Below are positions 54,440 through 64,000 of a stretch of DNA of 64,000 nucleotides, piece after piece (the stretch's first letter is position 1; each line of letters opens with the position of its first letter). Position numbers and translations under genes: made by a program. The stretch is taken from the NCBI GenBank assembly GCA_051294905.1, contig CM119371.1, forward strand, positions 12,464,001 through 12,528,000, given 5' to 3'. The notes below the pieces were generated by a model, which ran no database searches, had not been told where the DNA came from, and worked only from the letters and a program-made list of their open reading frames with translations. Origin of the DNA: Botryllus schlosseri (taxonomy: Eukaryota).

Positions 54440-55816
54440 CAGTGTCTCCCAAACTTTTTTCAGCTACCGCCCCACTGGAAAACGAATAAAGTGCCAGCGC
54501 CCCCTGACACCCCCCTCACACCACGCCTAAATGATAAAAACGAAAGTTGTTCTGCATTTATTACAGCTTATAATGAGACGGATGAAGCTGTTGAAATATT
54601 ATCATCATCCTCGACATATTGGGTTTGAGTCGTGATAAGAACATTCTTATTCTAAAATATCCAGGGTTCACGTCCCGTAGGCCCTACTGTCAAGTCGATT
54701 TCTGCTGTGAGCCTTTATCACCTTATCGCGGCACTTTGTTTGTTTGTTTTTGGGTATTCATGGTGTTTGTCGAATACTATGGTCATTCACACCAGGCCGA
54801 TATTCTTTTTTATTTTTCCGTAACTGCCGACTTATAGCACGGCACTTAAAACACGTTGTATCAAATATGAGCGGGGAACGGCAATGACGAAAAATTCTAA
54901 CCGACTCCAGTGAGTGTATTGCTATTTGATTCGACTGTGTATCCAGAACGATTGATTGTAGATACTGAACTTTGGGTTGAACTCAAACTTGTTCTACACT
55001 GCAATGTAATCATCTCGCCAATCATTTCATGCTCGTAAACTTCACAGAATGGATTGAATATCCGGAGAGGAATTTCTTATTGGAATATATCCTGGAATCA
55101 AATCATCATCTCCTCGTGCAATTTTCTGAGTTGATTGCCTTATGTTTCTCCATCAAATTACGGTGAAATATCACGGGCTTATCATTGAATCTGTACGGTG
55201 CCATTTTAACCTTTATCAGGTTCATCGCATTACTAAGAACTGATATATTCTACTCATAAATTTTGGAAAATATGCCCGTCAAATCGAAGCGTTATCGTTT
55301 CTCGCAACCAGAAACGTTGTGTCGAAGGCCGCGGTCGCGGCACTGTGGTAAATCCACGATCGTTTGAGACAAAGTAAAATCACGCACGGCAGTTCTGTAA
55401 TGCCATCACACCTTGCAGTGAGCAATACCTGCTCAAATTCTCACAACACACAGTGAACCACGCTTTTCAGGGATACTGCCTTCTGCTAAATTAGTCCATT
55501 GATGGGCAGGTTCAACATTGTGAAGTAACAATGGACTTTTCCGGTACAGCTGAATAGATAGACGGACGACCCTAAATCGCCTTGGCTGAATCGATTCCGC
55601 ATTTTTACTGTGAATTTAGCTGCTATATTTATCAATAGTTTCGACACAACGCAGCAGTTGTCTTCTAAACCTACACCGCCCCATTTTCTCTCAGCGCCCC
55701 CCTACCGCCCCACTTTTCGAGCCAGCGCCCCCCAATCGCCCATTTCGTGGCCAGCGCCCCCTTCACGCTCGCGAACGCCCCCAGGGGGGCGCTGGCGCCC
55801 ACTTTGGGAACCACTG
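54440..55816. mobile_element. hAT MITE
   Basis: TIR cagtgtctcccaaa / tttgggaaccactg; TSD gcttaggc; cgcccc repeats. Confidence 0.88.
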
Positions 55817-56562
55817 GCTTAGGCTATCTATTGTGATATCTACAGTCACTGTATCATCGGTTCATCATAATGTGGATCTGGTACACCCATGTACAGTGTA
55901 CACTGTACAGTGTACACCCAATCCGAGTGGTACACCCTTCAAATATTATGGTACGCCCTGGGGTGTACGAAACACCCGATTGAAGAGCACTGCCACATTG
56001 CTCCTTAACCTGTGCGTCAACCTGTACTGACGCATAAACCTACCTTTGAGATAGCTAGCCATCGGCTCATTGTAATTCGGATCTGGTCACCCCACCCGAG
56101 TGGTACACCCTTTGAAAATTCTGGTACACCCTAGGGTGTATGAAAACCCCGGTTGAAGAGCACTGGTTTAATGTACATCTTTCTCAGATTGGCAAACTTT
56201 GGTTCATTCTGTGACGCATAAAATTTGTCAATACTTTCAGAATATAATTTCACTTTCAGAGTAAAACACTCGGCAGGTCGGATCCGGCCTGCGGGCCGCA
56301 TGTTGCCTGCCCCTGGTCTAGGCCGTCGTTTACAAATTCATTTGATTAATTCTGTGTTGCCATAAAATGCGATACTTAAGTGAGGTATTCTACAAAATCT
56401 GTACTAATTGAGTATACTCTGAGTGGCTGCTTTGATTTAAATCCTTGTTTGGTAGATGCAAAGAGCATTTATACATCGCATATGACATTTGATTTTATGG
56501 GGAAATTTGTTATTTCTCCATAACTTTATGTGCTCCCTCGCGCGAATCTACCGTATAGTTAC

Positions 56563-56989
56563 CAGAGATAAGCGGATTTGAAATTTCTATGTCCTAATGC
56601 AATCCAAATCCGAACCTTCAAATCCAAATCTAAATCCTAATCCATAACTTTTTCATATTCAAGTCCATGTCCAATCCTAATCCGATTCCAACTGGAAATT
56701 CAGAAAAAATGCTAATTTATACAACGGAAGGATTCGAAAATTTTCTTTCACAACCAACGACTCACTTGATTCAAGATAACTTAGTAACCATAAGTACATT
56801 AATAACTGATCTGAATAAAGTTTGTCGCCATTCGCCACACGACATTTCAATCTCCCAGAAAATAGGTAAATCCAATCCAAATCCTAATCCGTTCTGAAAA
56901 AAATGTCTAATCCAAATCCAATCCAAATCCGACAATATTTCCCAAATCCTGCTTTTTCAAAACCTAATCCTAATCCATGCTCATCTCTG
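56563..56989. mobile_element. hAT-like MITE with (AATCCW) repeats
   Basis: TIR cagagataagc / gctcatctctg; TSD atagttac/gtagttac; absent from the other spacer copies. Confidence 0.8.
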
Positions 56990-57642
56990 GTAGTTACTTG
57001 TAATCCAGAGTTATCTACCGATCGGGTAACGTCCGATAACAGTCACAATCTAGCATCGGTGAAAGGATGGTAAGAAGTAACTATGACTGTTGAAACCGTC
57101 ATATAATTAGAATTGTTGCATTTGGTGAAATTCGAGAAGCTTCAGCAAAAATTTAACTCATTCAGAGTTGAAGAAACTTGATTGCGAATTCGCGCCTTCT
57201 TCAGATGCTTTCATGACCCCCAGTGTGATAACCATGTAATGCTGAGGGATACATTTTCTGTTAATATGCCAAAAGAGAGATTCGGCGAGTAAATTATGAA
57301 TCACAAGTTTCGGAGAGAAGTGGATATTTGACAACGCTGGATTCGTCCAATTTTTATTAAAATATTATTTCTCGCTGTCATTGTGATATTACGAGTGACA
57401 GTAAATTAAAATTCACATTATTTTGACCATCAGGTTAAGGGTAATGTAACTTTATTCCATTTCGCTAAACAGTTCACAGCAATCAGGCTACTATATTACC
57501 GCATATACATCTCGTTTATCCAGTTTACCGGATCCTTAACCTACGCTCGCTCTATACTTAATTAATGGATAACTTTATCAACGCATTTTATTGGGAAGTT
57601 AGTATATGAATTGCAAATATCGACGCGTTGTGTCGTTTTCAG

Positions 57643-57974
57643 ATCTTAAAAATATGGGTGCTGGTTCCGTTCGATTCATTCGATATCGATGCATGGCGAG
57701 AAACCTTTCAAAACATGAAATGCGCCGTCTCCTGTTGCACTGTTGCTCCGGAAATACCAGAGGTGATGTTGAAGAAATATTGAACTAACCCGACGCGACT
57801 AAATCCGACAGCCCGCATTTACAGTGTGGGGAAATAGACGTGAAAAAATGGATCGAAGCTGCCAAAATTGCTGAAATGGGGCCAATTGAGGAAGTCGTAT
57901 TGTCTTCGGTTGATAATATTGCACTCCGAATCGGAGACATCCAATTACTGAATGCAATACAATATCGCCAAGAG
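57643..57974 (+). CDS. Repeat cassette 4: exon A 57643-57762 + exon B 57825-57974
   Basis: Same lengths, open frames (ILKIWVLVPFDSFD...); exon A donor weakened to gtgatg. Confidence 0.75.
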
Positions 57975-58748
57975 GTGAATAGAATGAAGCATTTCAAAAG
58001 TAAAAAAATATGAATTTTTGATTCGGGATTTGGTAATGACAATCATGTCAGCTCTCTCGCCATGGCTGTGACTGCCGGATCCCACGCCCCCTAATTGGGG
58101 ATGGGGCGAGCTCGAAGGGGGCCAAAATTAATATGTGATTTGATAGAGATTATATCGTGTTTATTTGGAGATTTTAGCAGCATTTCCAAATTATCCTCGC
58201 GCCGCTTGAAATTTAATGCCGCTAACTAGCGTCTGATATAATATGATTGGATTACCCTTCCATACAAGAAAAAAAACTTACAAGAAACAGGCATTTCGCG
58301 TTGGACATTACCGTGTCACGACAAATCAAGGCCCATAAAGTTCTCGCTAACATGGGACTCTGGGGATTTATCTGAAAAATATCGTCGGGGAGAAATGTTG
58401 GTCGAGAGTAACACCCCATGCTGACCGAAAACTTTTTAATGTTCCAAGTTCTGTAGGCCCTTTATCATTTTGAATTGAAATTTCTTTTTTAGCTGTCATT
58501 GTGATATTGCGAGTGATAATAATTTGAAATTAACGGTATCTCGACCATCATGTTAAGGTTAGTGTAACTGTATTTCGTTCCGCTAAAAAGTTCTCATGTA
58601 TAGGGCTCCTATATTAACGCATATCGAGGTTAACCAGACCCTAAACCTACGATTGCGCCGTCCTTAATAGATGTAGAACTTTATCGGCGCATTTTATTGG
58701 GCATTTAGTATATGAATTGCAAATATCAATGCGATCTATCATTTTCAG

Positions 58749-59079
58749 ATATCAAACTTATGGGTGAAGGTTCAGTTCGATTCATTTGATCCCGATGAAT
58801 GGCAAAAAACCTTTCAAGACATGAAATGCACCGTCTCCCGTTGCATTGTTGCTCTTGAAATATCAGAGGTATGTTGAATAAATATCGAACGAAAAAGACA
58901 CGAATAAATCCACTGGTGCGCATTTATAGTGTGGAGAAATAGATGTGAAAAAATGGATAGAAGCTGCTAAAATCGCAGAAGTGGGGCCAATTGACGAAGT
59001 CATCTTGTCTTCGGTTAATCGTATTGCATTCGGAATTGCTGACATTCGATTTATGTATGCAATGCAATATCGCGAGAAG
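58749..59079 (+). CDS. Repeat cassette 5: exon A 58749-58868 + exon B 58930-59079
   Basis: Same splice sites and lengths, open frames. Confidence 0.8.
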
Positions 59080-59223
59080 GTGAATAGAATGAAATATTTG
59101 AACAGTAAAAATTGCAGGTTTGTGATTGATATTTTATACTGGCAATAATGCCATCGCTCTGGCCAGGGCCGTAACTGCCGATACCTAATTAGGGTTCGGG
59201 CCAAAATTATTGTGTGATCACAC

Positions 59224-60785
59224 CAGAGTTGGATCAATTGTAATTTGTAATTGTAATTGAATGTAATTAATTACATTTTTCAATGTAATTGTAATGTAAT
59301 TGTAATTTAAGCATTTTTATTTTGTGTAATTGTAATTGTAATTGTAATTTGACAAAAATTTTGCTCAATTACAATTTTATTACATTAAATTGCTATTGAG
59401 ACCTGACAAGCACAACATAAAATAATTGACTTATAATGCATTCTCTTTAAATGTCGACAAGGAATTTGGTGGATCCATTCGCGGAAGCCCTTGACTGCGC
59501 CCTTGCGGGCGAAGTTTTTTTTATTTTTACCGCTATGCTGGCCTCGGCTGCCATTGTATACAATTTTTGATTACTAACCAACGGACGGATTCGCAACACG
59601 TGACTCACGATTGAATACGCCGAGAAGCGAACTGCCGAGCCGGCTAAAAGCAACAGAATTGATAGTCCCATAGCTGGCGATCCAAGCGTCGAAATTTGAT
59701 ATGTATGGTCCTAATCGAAAGCTAGTGTCGCACTGATTCCGCAATAAAAGTATATTTCCAGGCAATGGTACCATCCCAAAATAGTCGTGAAAGTCTGGGA
59801 ATCGGCATTGTTCTGAACAATCGCTGGGCGTAATTGGTAATTGTTGTGGTCATGCTGCGGCAGCGCTCTCACTTTTCAGAACAGTTGGCCTTAAACGGCT
59901 ATTTTGGAGCAGTTACATTGTCCTGACGAGATTTTATTTTGTATTTTTGGAATTAGTACATCAATAGCTTACGATAAAGACCAGATGCATCAAATTTGGA
60001 CGCATGGATCGCCAGCTCTAGGACTACAAAGTTTGCTGCTTTTAGCCGGATCTGCGGTACGTTTGTCGGTGCATTCATCCGTGACTCACATCTTGCGCAT
60101 CTATCCGTGGGTTGGCAATCTACAATACGATTTCAGATCACGATGCTGCATCGTTACTTCGTCTGGCTAACTAACCAGACCACTGGATATTATATAACGT
60201 CTTATCTGACAAAGCACCATTTTGTTTTTACTCCTCATCCTAATTCCTACGTCCCTCGATAAAAATAATAATATTTCTTTAATTATATACTATATGCGCA
60301 AATCCAACACGTGCATATATTATAATACTTTTTCAACGACATACTGCACCCTATCCTTAATCCTAACCCATAGGAAATTAGGTAAATAACATTTTACATT
60401 TCCAATTACGTGAGCCATAATTACCGAGCATACAAAACACGCTTATATTACGTCACAATGACATCTCACATAGCATACTATGTACGCATATAAACGCATT
60501 TATTACTACACAATCTGAACTAGACTTGAATTGTTGTTAAATACGACGCTACGGTTGTCAAGGAGCACGGTTGAATTTATGATTACTCAATTACATGTTC
60601 AACAGCAGCAATTGTAATTGTAATTGTAATGTAATTGAAGCATGCAAGGAGTAATTGTAATTGTAATTGTAATTTGATATTTTTAGCCTGGAGTAATTGT
60701 AATTGTAATGTAATTGACACATTCATGAAAGTAATTGTAATTGTAATTGTAATTGAACTGAAATAATGGAATTGATCCAACTCTG
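59224..60785. mobile_element. hAT-like MITE with (GTAATT)n subterminal arrays
   Basis: TIR cagagttggatcaatt / aattgatccaactctg; perfect TSD gatcacac. Confidence 0.9.
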
Positions 60786-61274
60786 GATCACACATATATT
60801 ATATATATATGTTTTTTTCTGTAATATTTTTCAAATTAAGTTCCCGCCTTGCGTCGCTGATATAGCAGGTAGTATAATATGAGTACCCTCCCGCACAAGA
60901 CAAAAATACTCACAAGTTATAGAAATAGGGATTTCATGTCGGATATTAGTGTGTCACAACAAATAAATTAAGTTTCTGCTGACATGGGACTCTGGAATTG
61001 TGCTGAAAAATATCAGTGGAACAAAAATCTTAGCAGACACTTTTCTAATCTTCCACTATTCATATCCGCCTGTGCCCCAGCACGGAGAAATGCTACCCAC
61101 AAAGATATACAATGCGCTTCGTGAAGTAATGTCAATGTGACATTGTGTGCGTCGCACAAAAGCTTTCCTTTTAGTTTAGTCTGTTACGATTGGTCAATTT
61201 CAAAATATTTTGCTTTCATAGAACAGGGGAGGTAACGGCATAACAACATGAAAAAAAAATCAATTAATTAATCT

Positions 61275-61786
61275 GGTAATCACACATTTTGGGGTCGAGA
61301 AGGTTTAAACGGTATTACGGAATTTTCAGAACGATGAATCCAAGAATGACATTAGTTTTTCTGAATTGGCTCGATTTTTGTAAATATTCCATATTTTTGG
61401 TTGGAAAAATGCTAAAAAGTCGCAACTTGTATCATAGATAAAATGTTATTTGTATAGTAAGGATCTTTGTAAACTACGGTTTTAGGGCATTCTTATGTCG
61501 CTGAATCCGAAAATGACATTCGTTTTCATTTCTAATATACCCTATTCTTTGACATACTCCGCATTTTTGTTTTAAAAAAGTGCTCAAAATACGCGAATCT
61601 TGGCATATGTAAATTTCACTTTATATACTACAACAAGAAAACAAATAAGTCAAAACTAGCGATATCTAAAAAACTATAGCTAATTCAAAGAAAGGGACGT
61701 CATTTTCGGACTCAGCAGTCCAAACACAACTAGTAACCTTTAAAATATCTTTGGCACTCAAAAAAGTTGTTTTTGCGGGCTAGTGT
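61275..61786. mobile_element. DNA-transposon-like fragment interrupting the last spacer
   Basis: Repeated gaatcc..aatgacatt motifs; not present in the other spacer copies; family unresolved. Confidence 0.45.
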
Positions 61787-62505
61787 AATTACTAATTGCG
61801 TAACCCAAATTTTCAAAGACATTACTTCCCTCAGTTGTATTGTTAAATATAATCACGTGACCTGAGAAAGGTTAAAAATTTCAAGTTAATATTGACTGAA
61901 TTCAATCACGAATTTTTAAAATTATTTGCGCCCAATGCAACCAGACATCATAATGACTCTGACTGATACTCTGTCTCTCTGTAAACATTCTTGCAGATCT
62001 CTGTGATAAGTAGCTTAGTGGGAAAACGGATAGCCCGATGAGAGGTCTGGGATGCGAAGACCCCCAGAAGTACGGTTTATCACCCTATGGGGGCCCAAGA
62101 CCGACGCTTTGTGGGGCTCATGACAACCAGACATGGGGTAATCGCGATTAGTAATCGTGATCGATTACGACGATTGGAGCATTTTCAAGTAATCGTAATC
62201 GCAATCGATTACATTCGAAAAAACTCCGAAGTAATTGTAATCTTAATCGACTACTTCCCATATATAATCGATTTCTTTGTGAAAGAACGATTACTTTCTA
62301 TTTGTACAAGGACTATGACATAAAGTGAACATTCGTGAACAAGGAAGATATATTATACCAGGTTCGTGATAGCACAAACGTCTGATTTTCAAATGCCATT
62401 TCTCATTATTATGTAAGAAGCAGCCTATTACCTGAGCTAGTAATTGCGTAAGAAGTATACGCAGTAAATAGACATTCGCCGTATGTACATTGGTGTGCTT
62501 GTAAT

Positions 62506-63996
62506 CAATGTTCCCTCTAAGCTGCGCACGTGCGCATATGCGCAGTGCTGAAACAGTCTCTGCGCACAGAAAATCCAATGTGCGCACAAAAAAAAATCCG
62601 AAGTGATGTTATTTTAGCCGTTGCGCACTGTTATTCAACGGACCACGCAGGCGCGCAGACTCGTGAAAAATTAGAGCGAACATTGTTTGGGGCAAATAGT
62701 GTTATGACTGAAGTCTGAAATCGAGGTGCAAGTGTGGCCCGCAAAGGTAAATATTTCGCTCCGAGAAGAAATGAGAATTTGCAATCACGTGCTCCTCACG
62801 AAGGAGATTTTTTTAGTATGGTCTCGTACGCGTGAGCGATACTGATATTTCAATAGCGTATTATTGTCATGGAATGGTTAAATAACATTGTTTAACAACG
62901 TTATAAATAACAGTGGGCTTGCTCGAAGTTAATTTGCGAGAAACTAACGAATAGTCTTCTCCGCGTGGCATGAACATTGCGTAAGATTTACTCAGGACCA
63001 TAACGGCCGCACTCATAGCCCCAATTGGAGGGGCCGAGATCGAAGGAGGCCCAAAATTAATTCGTGAATTAACATACATCATGGTGTCTTTTTTTTTTTG
63101 GCTTTTAAAAGAAAATTCGCGCTACGCGTGATTGAATTTCGCGGGATGTCTAGAAGATTGGGTAGGCCTATCCTTTCCCAACAAAAAATACGCATGATTT
63201 ACAGAAATGGGCACTTGGGCGTCGGCCATTGCCGCACCACGACGCGCAAAGACATGAAGTTATAGGCCATGTAACATGCGACCCGGTGAAGTGCGCCAGA
63301 ACCATCAGCAGCGAGACTACCTTGGCCGAAAAGGAATGCCCTCGTGCTGACCGAAAACTTCGATATATAGATACAAATATGTTTAATTGTCCATAGGCGC
63401 CTAAATGGCTGGCGCCGAATGCTCCTGTCCTGGTGATCCGAGTCCCACAAAAAGACAAATGCCATATCGAGGGAACATTATTTGCCAGTAAATAAATACT
63501 AATTTGAAATCGTGTGCGTCTTTCAGTTTAGTACGTTCGGGCAATTTCAATATCTTTCGACATATAGCAGATAGAAGGTCACGAAATAGGATCATGTAAC
63601 GAAGTCATCATACCAGCAGGTACGCCCGAAGATCTTTTATTATTATTTATTTATTCCAACACACCTCCCTCGATCAGATCTACCGGTAAATCTGATTATG
63701 TAAGCAGAGAGAGGATAAAAACTGATGGCAATATATATGCAATTCCCGATAATATTCAGCGATTCAATCATGAAATATATAAATTTGTCGCACTTCGCGC
63801 GTTTAGGCGACACCACTACTAGACAGGGGGCATCTAATGTAGATGATAAGTACCGGAAAAAAAGCGTATAGCCGTCGGGGGGTCGTTGGGGGGTCGTCGT
63901 CCTATGAGGGGGGGGGGGTTACGCACTGTTGTCCAAGGGCCTGCGCAGTGAGTTTGCGTGTTTGCGCAGACTCGTGAAAAATTAGAGGGAACATTG
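62506..63996. mobile_element. hAT MITE (caatgttccctctaa TIR) with internal insertions
   Basis: TIR caatgttccctctaa / ttagagggaacattg; left TSD cttgtaat, right flank begins cttg at the window end; lies downstream of another left end at ~62128 (cagacatggg, gtaatc repeats). Confidence 0.8.
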
Positions 63997-64000
63997 CTTG

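Larger units (their letters stand above)
23495..61950 (+). repeat. Tandem segmental array of a ~2.4-kb unit (spacer + exon A + exon B), with six spacer copies variably interrupted or deleted
   Basis: Homologous spacer landmarks (e.g. the cgcccc..aattgggga..ggcgagctcgaaggggg block, gtcgcacagaag..., ttcagagttcaagaaactt) recur, variably degraded, after 23495, 25707, 28164, 32115/50482, 57975 and 59080. Confidence 0.9.

Noticed and set aside
59236..59390. Telomere-like hexamer arrays (GTAATT)n; also (AATCCW)n at 56600-56980
   Set aside because: Bounded by TIRs and TSDs, so MITE subterminal repeats

Overview
Eukaryotic, AT-rich genomic DNA with spliceosomal GT-AG introns and a very high load of DNA transposons. 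The mix suggests a marine invertebrate, possibly an ascidian; this is inference only. One host gene on the + strand spans essentially the whole window: an NLR-like (NACHT) gene whose 5' and 3' ends lie outside the window or are unresolved. Predicted architecture: (i) small N-terminal exons with no recognisable death-fold domain but two protein-conserved copies of the motif NA(T/N)INVIGGNQ, which looks like a RHIM/amyloid-signalling motif; (ii) a large NACHT exon (4378-5784); (iii) an LRR-entry exon (13035-13342); (iv) a divergent two-exon LRR-like unit (22711-23044); (v) at least five tandemly duplicated, frame-intact, phase-0 two-exon cassettes (120+150 nt = 90 aa each) with variable sequence, between 25375 and 59079. 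The introns are inflated by deeply nested transposons: a broken hAT/BED element, ISL2EU-like, EnSpm-like and P-like elements, a MULE relic, Buster/Charlie MITEs, a tRNA-derived SINE and a LINE fragment. All exon calls are by eye from splice signals, phase compatibility and motifs; no database searches were run.
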